Shown: piece after piece, positions 8,853 to 17,686 of the stretch | How positions within the stretch are numbered: position 1 is the first letter of the stretch | Layout: each line of letters begins with the position of its first letter | Assembly: GCA_011605725.1 (NCBI GenBank) | Contig: JAAOZP010000012.1 | Span: 192,001-256,000, forward strand | Origin: Nitrososphaerota archaeon | Lineage (GTDB): Archaea > Thermoproteota > EX4484-205 > JAAOZP01 | Reading direction: 5' to 3' | Length of the DNA stretch: 64,000 nucleotides | Program-made: the position numbers and the translations under genes | The notes under the pieces: model-generated | What the model saw: the letters and a program-made list of their open reading frames with translations, nothing else | Databases searched by the model: none | What the model was told of the DNA's origin: nothing

Positions 8853-11747
8853 TCACCAGGTGGCTTTAATGCACGCTTTTAAGCCAGCCGGTATTTCAAC
8901 CCTCCAGCGTCCCTTTTCAAACGAGGCCTCTAAGGATCCTTGGCTAGCCTTAATGCTTACTTCTGCTGTCGGAGGCACGAATGAGGGCATTACTGCTTCT
9001 CCATTGAGGCCACTGGGTAAGTCCACCCAAAGCGTGAAACTTTTTTCAGCTCGCCTCCATCTGACATTTACCGTACCCTTGGGTGTCGGAAAACATCCAT
9101 GCGCCCAAACCAGGTCAACGGGCTCAGGCGCTATAATCACGCCACTCGTAATAACGTCTTTTGGTCTAACGCCGAGCACAAAGCTGGTTAGGAAAAACGC
9201 CGGCATGGCGCTCCAAGCGTGACAGTGGCTCCTGGTTTTTGGCGATAAAATCTCCCAAGTGGTTGTTGCACCATAATCCAGCATAGCACCCCATTCCCGC
9301 CTTATTAAATCCAATGCTTTTCCAGCCTCGCCGTCCCTAACACATGCTTCAATAAGAAAGGCTAGTGCAAACGGGCTTCCAAACTTGACAAAGTCGTCTG
9401 GCCAATCGTAGATATACTTGCGCACAATGTTTTTCCTGTCATCCTCAGCCACGTCGCAAAGATAAATCATCGTGTGGGTCTGCAGGCTGAAAACCCTGCT
9501 CCTCGTACCGTCATGATGAACCGCGTCAACGTAAGCTTTCCTCTGCTCATCCCAGAGATACTTGTTGATTGCCTGTTTAACCCTTTCAGCGAGCATTTCA
9601 AACTCTTTAGCGTCATCCTCCTTGCCTATTTTTCTCGCGATAGTTGCTGAACGCCTATATGCTTCTACAAGCATCGCGTTTTGATGTGTCACTACACCTC
9701 TACTGGGAGTATCCATCGGAGCCCAGTCAAGCATGTTCCAAGCCTCGATCTCCATCAGACCATCGTAACGGATAAACTTCTCAGCAATATTGCGCATCTG
9801 TTTTAAAACAAAAGGATAAACTTCTTTCAAAAAAGCCTCATCCCCAGTGTATCGATAGTATTCTTCACATGTCCAAACCCAGAGCAAAGCCCATGCAGTC
9901 AAAACATTCTGCCATCCACTGGGTACCTGGCTCTCAACCAACGGGGAACGGAAAAGAGATTCCCCGGCTAGAAGCCAGCATCTTCTCGCCAGGGCATAAC
10001 AACCATAAGTAGCGTAAGTAATTAGAGCCTCGTGTCGAGCATCACCCACCCAGAAGGTTTGTTCGTAGGCTGGGCAGTCTACATACGTGTCCTCGCTGCA
10101 GAGACGCAAAGTATACTTGCACATTCTCCAAATATTGTTAAGCCTCCAATCGTTGCAAAGGAATTCTCCAACCTCTTCGAAAGGATAAGTGTTTAAAAGA
10201 CATCTTACAAACTTGATGCACACAGGCATCTTCCCACCCTCAGGGAACCTGATTGTTAGAATCAAGTATCGGAACCCTCGGCGAACAACGCTCGTGTAGC
10301 TTTGCCACCCTTCTTTAGTAGTGTAACGCAGCACATTGTTAAGGCCGAAAGTATGCTGTATGTCGAAACAATAATCCTCTCTAGGATGTATCGCTTCAAA
10401 CCCGTAGAAATCAAGCTTAACGCCCCTTGGAGCCTCGATTTCAAAATCTATGAAGCCGGCTAGCTCACGGCCGAAATCTATTAAAAGCTCAGCATCGCCA
10501 TTCTCAGGAGGCCATATGATTGCAGCCTCATCGTTCGCGGAACAAAGATTTCCAATGCCTTCAGAGAAAAGATTCTCCTTAACTTCCTTTGCGAAAACGA
10601 TTCTTGCAAAAACATGGTCTGATGCGAAATACTCTGGCGCGACGGGTTGAACTAAAGCTGTTTTAAGAACGTCTTCAACCGTTCTCGCATCCCAAATAAT
10701 CCTGAAACAGTCCTCATCACGCGACTGAAACGGTCCTGCTATTGCCCACGAGGTACCAGCATTACCCAACGGGTTTTCAAACTCCAGGTTTTCACCTTCC
10801 CATACTGTTGTAAACCACCAGTCGTGATAACGCCCAGTAACATCGAACACAACCAGGTTCTCACCTTTCCTAAGCTTGAGCAGCACCGTGTTACCGTCTA
10901 CCGACATGTCCATACCGTTAACCCTGACACGCCGCGCACCCAGACCAATCCCATTCACACCAGTAACCTTTACTTCTTTAGCTTCAGAAGTTTTCACAAC
11001 TACGATGGCTAATCCAATTATTTCCTGAGGATTTGACAACCGGTCTCCAGGAACGAGGCTTGGACGCAAGTCAAAACTATACACTATGCTGGGAGGAGAA
11101 ACCACGCGTGTGCGCAATACCCGCACGGGATATACTGGTTCATTAGTGAGAAAAGGTATTGGTCTTTTAAACAGGTTAACCCACGGCTTCACCGAAACCT
11201 CGGTAAGCTCGACTGCATTCTGCCAATTGCTGTCGTCGAAGTCAGGATGCTTCCACTCCGGATCTGCTGACGAGTCATAATGTTCAACGAAACCCTGTTG
11301 GCACGATATGCGTGGGGTATGCTGGTCGTATGCTGCGCTAATGCAAACTTTCCAGTTTCGATCTGTCGCGAGAATAATCTCCCTTCCACTCTTAGTCTTC
11401 ATGCTTAACTGTGCAAGTAAGCCGCCGCGTCCCAGTGGATACTGGAAATTGGTTTCACCAGGTTGCCATACGATTATGGAAACAGTATTTACTAGACCAG
11501 CATTTAAATACGGCTTAACATCATACACGTCGTAAAACCATGAATGCTGCCATCCTCTTATAGGACCATTACCAATTCTTTTGCCGTTTATGAAAAGAAC
11601 GTAGCGTGCGTCAGCAGTTATTTTGAGTTCCGCCGCCTCAACATCTAACGGCACTTCAAAGCTCTTACGCGCATAGACGTAAAGGTTTCGCGATGCATCC
11701 TTATTGTTATTCACCCAGATCCATTTTGCTTTCCATTCTTCCGTCAT
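8853..11747 (-). CDS. GH78 alpha-L-rhamnosidase family glycoside hydrolase
   Basis: 'WKAKWIW', 'ITADARYVLFING', 'DFGRELAG', 'YVDCP.YEQ..WVGD', 'GATTTWE', 'SHCHAWS', 'PTPKG'. Confidence 0.9.
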   Translation of the reverse strand: MTEEWKAKWIWVNNNKDASRNLYVYARKSFEVPLDVEAAELKITADARYVLFINGKRIGNGPIRGWQHSWFYDVYDVKPYLNAGLVNTVSIIVWQPGETNFQYPLGRGGLLAQLSMKTKSGREIILATDRNWKVCISAAYDQHTPRISCQQGFVEHYDSSADPEWKHPDFDDSNWQNAVELTEVSVKPWVNLFKRPIPFLTNEPVYPVRVLRTRVVSPPSIVYSFDLRPSLVPGDRLSNPQEIIGLAIVVVKTSEAKEVKVTGVNGIGLGARRVRVNGMDMSVDGNTVLLKLRKGENLVVFDVTGRYHDWWFTTVWEGENLEFENPLGNAGTSWAIAGPFQSRDEDCFRIIWDARTVEDVLKTALVQPVAPEYFASDHVFARIVFAKEVKENLFSEGIGNLCSANDEAAIIWPPENGDAELLIDFGRELAGFIDFEIEAPRGVKLDFYGFEAIHPREDYCFDIQHTFGLNNVLRYTTKEGWQSYTSVVRRGFRYLILTIRFPEGGKMPVCIKFVRCLLNTYPFEEVGEFLCNDWRLNNIWRMCKYTLRLCSEDTYVDCPAYEQTFWVGDARHEALITYATYGCYALARRCWLLAGESLFRSPLVESQVPSGWQNVLTAWALLWVWTCEEYYRYTGDEAFLKEVYPFVLKQMRNIAEKFIRYDGLMEIEAWNMLDWAPMDTPSRGVVTHQNAMLVEAYRRSATIARKIGKEDDAKEFEMLAERVKQAINKYLWDEQRKAYVDAVHHDGTRSRVFSLQTHTMIYLCDVAEDDRKNIVRKYIYDWPDDFVKFGSPFALAFLIEACVRDGEAGKALDLIRREWGAMLDYGATTTWEILSPKTRSHCHAWSAMPAFFLTSFVLGVRPKDVITSGVIIAPEPVDLVWAHGCFPTPKGTVNVRWRRAEKSFTLWVDLPSGLNGEAVMPSFVPPTAEVSIKASQGSLEASFEKGRWRVEIPAGLKACIKATW

Positions 11748-11807
11748 ATTGTGTAAGATTAGGCCGTAATATAAAAATTTAACTATATTAAATAGCGGAC
11801 AGTTCAG

Positions 11808-12983
11808 CTAAGAATCGTAAATCACGCTGGTCTTATAGACATCTGGACCGAAGATCTTGTAGACCACGAGGTCCTCTTTCCCAGTGTTAACTATTTTATG
11901 GGGCTGCGTTGCAGCATCAGCAGATACGAAGACCTCGTCCAAGCCTGGGTTTTGACCTTGAACCGAGATGTTTCCAATCCTGCCCTCCCCCCTCCAAACA
12001 AAGGCGAGGTAAGCATTTTTTTCAACACTTTCAACAGTTTCTCCAGGGAAGATTTTGGTCTCCTTTCCGCAGAATTTTCTCGTTCTGTCAGGAGGAAACA
12101 CCCAGCGTTCAACACCCTTGCCCTCAAACTCGGAAGCCTCAACCTTCGTCGGAACAACATGATACTTCCTGTAGAAAAACGGGTCTCGCGACCTCTTCCA
12201 GTCGATCAGCTTAGCAACAGCCTCTTCATCAGGAAGGCCTCGCAACATGTCTTCCCTTGGAATCCTCCTTCCCCCACATACTGCTTGAAGAATATTGTAA
12301 ACATCAGACTCCTCTTGAATCTCTAGTGTTAAAGCTGTCCCGGGAGCATGAGGAACCCCGGCGAAAACGTAGAAACCCTCCCCAGTATTCAACCTGTAGG
12401 CTGGGGAAAGATCCAGAACCCTATCGTCGTCCCACTTTTTCAACAGCGGGATCAAGTCTTCCTCTCCAACGTGTGGGTGAACAGCTATGTGAGAATAGGG
12501 GAATGGCCCCTTTTCCACTGTTTCTAGGAAGTAATAAGCCTCGTCTTTCCCATTCATGTTCCAGTATTTTTTCGCATCCTCCTCTCTTGCATGCACATGC
12601 CACGGTATGGGGGATCCGATGTCAAGAACCTTAGTTAAAACCCCGAACCGGTTGCCGTGTTCCACCGCATACTTGTCGCCGAGAAGCTCGCCGGGGAGAA
12701 TTTTAAACGCATCCCTAAGAGAAAGCTTTGCATGCTTCTGAGTGAAGGATATGAAGCTTAAACCTTCGTTTTCAACCTTAACTGGGTTAACGGCTTCAAC
12801 CGATGACGCTAGCCATCTTTCACAAATCCAGCCTCTTGAGGCGCCAGCATAATAGTCTCTCAGCCCGAGTCTTCCCATTCCCGGATACAGGGTTCTAGCC
12901 ACGAAGGAGGGAGCTAGTCTCAAAACCCCGCCTGTTGCACTAAGCTCCTCTCTGAGAAGTTTTTCCTCGTCTTTAAAGCACAT
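11808..12983 (-). CDS. Cupin / class-I phosphomannose-isomerase-like protein
   Basis: PMI-type metal motifs 'KVLD...IPWHVH', 'GKDEAYYF', 'GVPHAPG', 'LEIQEESD'. Confidence 0.7.
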   Translation of the reverse strand: MCFKDEEKLLREELSATGGVLRLAPSFVARTLYPGMGRLGLRDYYAGASRGWICERWLASSVEAVNPVKVENEGLSFISFTQKHAKLSLRDAFKILPGELLGDKYAVEHGNRFGVLTKVLDIGSPIPWHVHAREEDAKKYWNMNGKDEAYYFLETVEKGPFPYSHIAVHPHVGEEDLIPLLKKWDDDRVLDLSPAYRLNTGEGFYVFAGVPHAPGTALTLEIQEESDVYNILQAVCGGRRIPREDMLRGLPDEEAVAKLIDWKRSRDPFFYRKYHVVPTKVEASEFEGKGVERWVFPPDRTRKFCGKETKIFPGETVESVEKNAYLAFVWRGEGRIGNISVQGQNPGLDEVFVSADAATQPHKIVNTGKEDLVVYKIFGPDVYKTSVIYDS

Positions 12984-13022
12984 TTTTCACCTCAAACTGT
13001 TAAGGTGGCGCTTTAAAAGTTT

Positions 13023-13853
13023 TCACGTGTTGAGGCCGAGAAGCCTCATTAATTCCTCGGCTCTTGTGAAATCAGGTATTATCGCGTCGGCCCCAGCATC
13101 CATAAGCCGTTTCCTCTTTCTCGGGTTTAACCCTATTCTTCTAACTTCATCCGAGGCGACACCAATGGCTATTGAGCCCCTGGCTTTAGCGCTTCTAATT
13201 TCAACAGGACCGTCTCCAACCACCAGCAGCTCCCTACCATGCAGATTGTTTTCGCTTAAAATCCTCTCAATAATCCTCTCCTTAGAGTTTGCCTCAGTGT
13301 AGTCAAGCGCACCGTATATCCCGCCCCTAAAGTATTCCGTGATTTTGAGAGCAGTGGCCTCTCTTAAAACATACTCATGATCAGTACCGCTTGCCAAATA
13401 CATTACCACGCCCTTTTCATAGAGCTCCTGCAAGAAGCTCCTGGATCCACATATCATCAGGTCGTCTGGGTTTAATTCCCCATTAAACAGTTTTCTAAGC
13501 CTCTCCTCCACGAGCAGCAACATCCGCTGATTATATATTCTCTTATACTCGTAAGCATCCTTAGGGTTTTTCGAGATCCCGTACCTACGAACAGCCTCAG
13601 CAAGCCACTCCATCTGCCTTATGGTTAACATCCCGGTTGAATAGTCGACGTATTCTCTAACCTCTCTCTCTATCTCCGGGGTTGGAGGATTACCGTTGCA
13701 AATCATTTCTATCATGAGTGGAATCATCACATCCTCCCACCCCTGCCTTATCACCGATATTGTTCCGTCGAAATCTATTAACGCATACTTTATGCGTCCC
13801 ACCATAGAATTGAAATCCTGATTGAGAATCTCAAACCATTGGCTCACGGCCAT
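13023..13853 (-). CDS. HAD-superfamily phosphatase
   Basis: Motif I 'DFDGT', motif II 'ASGT', conserved Lys, motif IV 'GDGPVE'. Confidence 0.9.
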   Translation of the reverse strand: MAVSQWFEILNQDFNSMVGRIKYALIDFDGTISVIRQGWEDVMIPLMIEMICNGNPPTPEIEREVREYVDYSTGMLTIRQMEWLAEAVRRYGISKNPKDAYEYKRIYNQRMLLLVEERLRKLFNGELNPDDLMICGSRSFLQELYEKGVVMYLASGTDHEYVLREATALKITEYFRGGIYGALDYTEANSKERIIERILSENNLHGRELLVVGDGPVEIRSAKARGSIAIGVASDEVRRIGLNPRKRKRLMDAGADAIIPDFTRAEELMRLLGLNT

Positions 13854-14890
13854 TCCCCTCCTTTTGAAACCTCATCGAATTTAGCCAATATTTCTCCAGG
13901 GGAAGCTGTTCCAGTAGTGTTTAGCTTTTTAAGAATAACTCCGGCAGCTAGGCTTGCAACTATGCCTGCTTCAACAGGGTCAGCTCCCCCCGCTAAGCCT
14001 GCACCCACTGCAGAGATGAAAGTGTCGCCAGCTCCCACAGGGTCTATTGGCGGCTCTGTTGGCGCAGCTGGAACATGATGGGAGCCGGAGCCTGTAACAA
14101 TTAAGCACCCCTTCTCACTTAACGTTATGTATACTGGTCGCTTCGCCTTCTCCTGCAGCTCTCTTCCTATATGTAGAAGCTCATCCATATCTACTTCAAG
14201 AGGGTTTCTAGATGGTCGTATTGCCCTCACAGCCTCCATCCGATTTGGCTTTAAAACCATGTTTCTGAAAAAACCTATACGCTCCCTCGAGTCAGCTATG
14301 AAAACCCTGTCAGGATTTTTCTCAGCAAGCTGAATCAGGCCGCTCCTAACATTTTCCGTAACCACACCGTTCAGAGACATCTGATCCTCTATTATCACTA
14401 AATCCACTTTTTCAACCGCCTCCTTAACATTTTCAATAATTTTTTCCTCCAAGCTACTGCTTAACGGACTGTAGTTTATAAAGTCAAGCCGGGAATCCTC
14501 CTGTTGAGAATCCCATCCGCACAGTATCGGCTTAACATAGGTCGGCGTAACTCTTTCGGGAGACATTATTAAGAAGTCCAGCCTAACCCCGTTTTCCCTC
14601 AACTTCTCGTTCAAGAGTCTTCCACGCCAGTCGTCTCCAATAACGGTCACCGCAAAAACATCTTCTAAACCTAAAGCCTTAACGTTGCAACATATGTTTC
14701 CTGAGGCACCTGGGGAATACGTTTCCCTGACGACTGGACGTGTATAACGTGGTGTTTCCCTAGAGAGTTCTGAACGCGTCATGTCAGCATACCAATAAAC
14801 GTCTAGAGCATAGTCTCCAATCACCATGCCCTTCAATTTTTTAAAGGAATCCAGTATTTCAACCAGCCTAGAGCGTTTCAGCCCTTCCAT
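13844..14890 (-). CDS. PfkB-family kinase, RfaE/HldE kinase-domain-like (heptose-phosphate kinase-like)
   Basis: 'VIGDYALDVYW', 'SRE.P..PV', 'PGASGN...N', 'KPNRMEA', 'DPVGAGDTF'; no C-terminal adenylyltransferase domain. Confidence 0.8.
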   Translation of the reverse strand: MEGLKRSRLVEILDSFKKLKGMVIGDYALDVYWYADMTRSELSRETPRYTRPVVRETYSPGASGNICCNVKALGLEDVFAVTVIGDDWRGRLLNEKLRENGVRLDFLIMSPERVTPTYVKPILCGWDSQQEDSRLDFINYSPLSSSLEEKIIENVKEAVEKVDLVIIEDQMSLNGVVTENVRSGLIQLAEKNPDRVFIADSRERIGFFRNMVLKPNRMEAVRAIRPSRNPLEVDMDELLHIGRELQEKAKRPVYITLSEKGCLIVTGSGSHHVPAAPTEPPIDPVGAGDTFISAVGAGLAGGADPVEAGIVASLAAGVILKKLNTTGTASPGEILAKFDEVSKGGEWP

Positions 14891-16547
14891 TCAACTCCAG
14901 CCTCCGAACTAGAGAAGCCTCTAGCATTCTGCATAAAACATGGTATATTACGGAGTGCGTCTCCTGCACTCGACTCGTATCGGATGCAGGCGCCCTGATA
15001 GCGATGTCAGAGATTTTCGCCAGCATTCCTCCGTCCCTCCCTGTTAAAGCAATCACAACTAAGCCTAATGCTTTAGCAGTTATCGCAGCATAGATAACAT
15101 TCTGAGAATTACCGCTCGTGCTTATGCCCATCAGAACATCCCCTTTTCTCGCCAAGGAGTATAGTTCCTGTGCGAATGCCATGTTTCTAGTTGGATTATC
15201 GTTTTCAACAGCACTCGAGAGAGAATGGTTTGAACCTAGAACTAGCACGCGTAGGCCCTCCTCCAGGCTTTCCACCAAGAGACTACTGTAAGGAAGCCCT
15301 TCAAACAGCCTCCTACGATGAACCGGCATGGGTCTCTTAAGCTCAAAGGATTTCGAAAGCTCTGCTGAAATATGGAACGCATCCGCGAAACTGCCACCAT
15401 TACCGCATAGGAACAGGGTTCCTCCGACTTTGAGACGCATGTCAATAACTCTAAAAGACCTAACCAAGTCTTCTACGATGACATTCAAATCCGGATGAGA
15501 CCTGGCGAATTCTTCGACAATTTTCCCCACTGACGGCTCAAGACCCTCGGCTTGGCTTCTCAGCGTGGATCCTATCCCACTAGGCTGAAAAACAACATTT
15601 TCCTCCGTTATCATCCTAACCAAGAGATGACGAAGATTAGGTATTGTAACAACATGGTCGCCCGTTATGTGAAAGCCTTTACCCCCCAGCGAGGTTGGTC
15701 TTATAACAATGTTTTTCAGAGGCCTGTAATAATACTCCTCCTCATCCTTCTTTCTGGGACGGGTATACTCCCTTATGGGTTTCAGATCAAAATTTGCGGC
15801 TGTAAACCTCTCCACTTTAAAACCAAGGTTTCTTGCAATGGATAATGCTTTAAGAAAAACTTCAGGACCGATGACGGCTGACCCGAAGTTCAAAAAAACT
15901 CCTTCATCCAGACGGCTGACAGTGTAAACGTATTTCTTGAAATCAATACCACTTGCCTCACCTATGGCGGAGAAATCGCAAGCAGGATGCTGATGGATTA
16001 TGTCCGTTCCAAGAGCCACGTGCACGGTAAATGGTATTCCCAGTCTGTAAGCATGATAGAGAACGCTGTACTTCTTAAACTTGAAACGCTCGTCTTCAGC
16101 AATCATCCTCCCTAGTGATTCACCGTAGCCTAAGCCGTCGCGAACACCACGTTGAATCGCCAAGTTCATTAACAGCCCTGTCTCCTCAGCCATTCCGAAT
16201 GTCCCATCTTCTATGCTTGTAGCAACATCCTCGCTGGTCTCGCCGATTAAAGCAATTTCAAAATCGTGTATCGATGCTGCACCGTTAGACGCTACATGGC
16301 TCACCACACCCCGCTCCATAAGATCTATGAGCACCGGCCCTAATCCACATTTTATAACGTGCGCCCCCATCATCCAGAGAACCGGCCGCCCTTTTCTCCT
16401 CGCATCAACGATCATTCTTGCAACCTCAACCAGCTCCGGGCTTTCAAAAGGCGGCGGAGGCGACTCCGGGTCGACCAAATCCTTCAGCTTCACAAGGTTC
16501 TTTCTCTCAGATATCGGGTAGGTCTTAATTCTGCTGAAATCCAGCAT
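14868..16547 (-). CDS. Fusion of a deoxyhypusine-synthase-like (GSU2086-type) domain and a GmhA-like SIS phosphoheptose isomerase domain
   Basis: N-terminal 'MMGAHVIKCG', 'NGAASIHDFE', 'SEDV', 'GTDIIH', 'GSAVIGPEVFLKA'; C-terminal 'CGNGGS.ADA.H..AEL', 'ISTSGNSQNV', 'TGRDGG', 'RVQETH'. Confidence 0.8.
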   Translation of the reverse strand: MLDFSRIKTYPISERKNLVKLKDLVDPESPPPPFESPELVEVARMIVDARRKGRPVLWMMGAHVIKCGLGPVLIDLMERGVVSHVASNGAASIHDFEIALIGETSEDVATSIEDGTFGMAEETGLLMNLAIQRGVRDGLGYGESLGRMIAEDERFKFKKYSVLYHAYRLGIPFTVHVALGTDIIHQHPACDFSAIGEASGIDFKKYVYTVSRLDEGVFLNFGSAVIGPEVFLKALSIARNLGFKVERFTAANFDLKPIREYTRPRKKDEEEYYYRPLKNIVIRPTSLGGKGFHITGDHVVTIPNLRHLLVRMITEENVVFQPSGIGSTLRSQAEGLEPSVGKIVEEFARSHPDLNVIVEDLVRSFRVIDMRLKVGGTLFLCGNGGSFADAFHISAELSKSFELKRPMPVHRRRLFEGLPYSSLLVESLEEGLRVLVLGSNHSLSSAVENDNPTRNMAFAQELYSLARKGDVLMGISTSGNSQNVIYAAITAKALGLVVIALTGRDGGMLAKISDIAIRAPASDTSRVQETHSVIYHVLCRMLEASLVRRLELNGRAETL

Positions 16548-16678
16548 CTGCGTTTAAAGCCTTCCTTAAAGCCATATATTAACTTAATTCTTTAGTGCGA
16601 AGTAGAAATGGGTTTAAGCTTATACTGTTGGGCGCTGAGGAGCTTTTTAAACCGGGTCTACGCTTATTCTCCAAACCC

Positions 16679-16686
16679 TTTAAATA
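16679..16686 (+). promoter_or_regulatory. Archaeal TATA box (TTTAAATA) about 24 nt upstream of the ATG at 16710; probably a leaderless transcript
   Basis: Sequence and spacing; the same arrangement is seen before many genes in the window (for example 120, 4058, 19896, 36531). Confidence 0.6.
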
Positions 16687-16709
16687 GGCAGGAAAACCGT
16701 TAGATAACT

Positions 16710-17675
16710 ATGAGGACCGTTAAAATAGGAGTAATCGGAGCAGGTTCCCACGCGAATAACGTGCATTATCCTTCACTCTCCATGATAAAGGAGGCTGAGG
16801 TTAAGGCAGTATGCGACCTTAACCCGAATAGGCTTAGGATGACAGCTGAAAAATACTCGATACCGAGCCAGTATACAGATTATAAAAGTATGTTGGAGAA
16901 AGAGGAGTTGGACGCCGTGTACCTGATAATGCCTCCTCACCAACTATACGATATAGCGGTCGACTGCCTTAAGCAGGGTCTTAACCTTTTCATCGAGAAG
17001 CCGCCTGGCATAACTCGCAGTCAAACTGAAAGCCTTGCTTGGTATGCTGAGAAACACGGGTGTAGAACCATGGTTGGCTTTAACAGAAGGTTCATACCAC
17101 TCATGAGAAGAGCCAGGGAGATTGTTGAGGAGAGAGGATTCATAAACCAGTGCGTATCCACTTTCTACAAGAATATTCTTTCCCAAGAACCTCCCTACTA
17201 TTCTGGAGCGGTGGATGTTTTAACCTCCGACGTAATTCATGCTGTAGACACTTTGAGATGGATGGGGGGCGAAGTTAGTAATGTATTCAGCTCCGTCCGA
17301 AGGCTTTTCGTACCTTACGATAACAGTTTCAACGCAATGATTACGTTCCAAAACGGTGCAGTCGGCTTCTTGATGAGTAATTGGGCAGCCGGTTCAAGAG
17401 TACACGTCTTCGAAATGCATAGCAAAGGCATATCTGCCTTTGTGAACCCGAATGACAGAGCCCTGATATACAGAGACGGTTCATCCGAGCCTGAAGTAAT
17501 ATCCACGTTCGAAGCGGCTGAAAGCACTGAGTTTCACGTATACTACGGGTTTCTAAGTGAAAACATGCACTTCATCAGATGCGTGATAGAGGACAGAGAG
17601 CCTGAAACATGCTTCAGGGACGCCGTTAAAACAATGGAGCTTGTGGAGAAGATCTATGCGAACGCGCCTCGTTAA
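16710..17675 (+). CDS. Gfo/Idh/MocA family oxidoreductase
   Basis: 'GVIGAG', 'EKPPG', 'VGFNRRF', 'DVIHAVD'. Confidence 0.92.
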   Translation: MRTVKIGVIGAGSHANNVHYPSLSMIKEAEVKAVCDLNPNRLRMTAEKYSIPSQYTDYKSMLEKEELDAVYLIMPPHQLYDIAVDCLKQGLNLFIEKPPGITRSQTESLAWYAEKHGCRTMVGFNRRFIPLMRRAREIVEERGFINQCVSTFYKNILSQEPPYYSGAVDVLTSDVIHAVDTLRWMGGEVSNVFSSVRRLFVPYDNSFNAMITFQNGAVGFLMSNWAAGSRVHVFEMHSKGISAFVNPNDRALIYRDGSSEPEVISTFEAAESTEFHVYYGFLSENMHFIRCVIEDREPETCFRDAVKTMELVEKIYANAPR

Positions 17676-17686
17676 ACAGCGATAAC

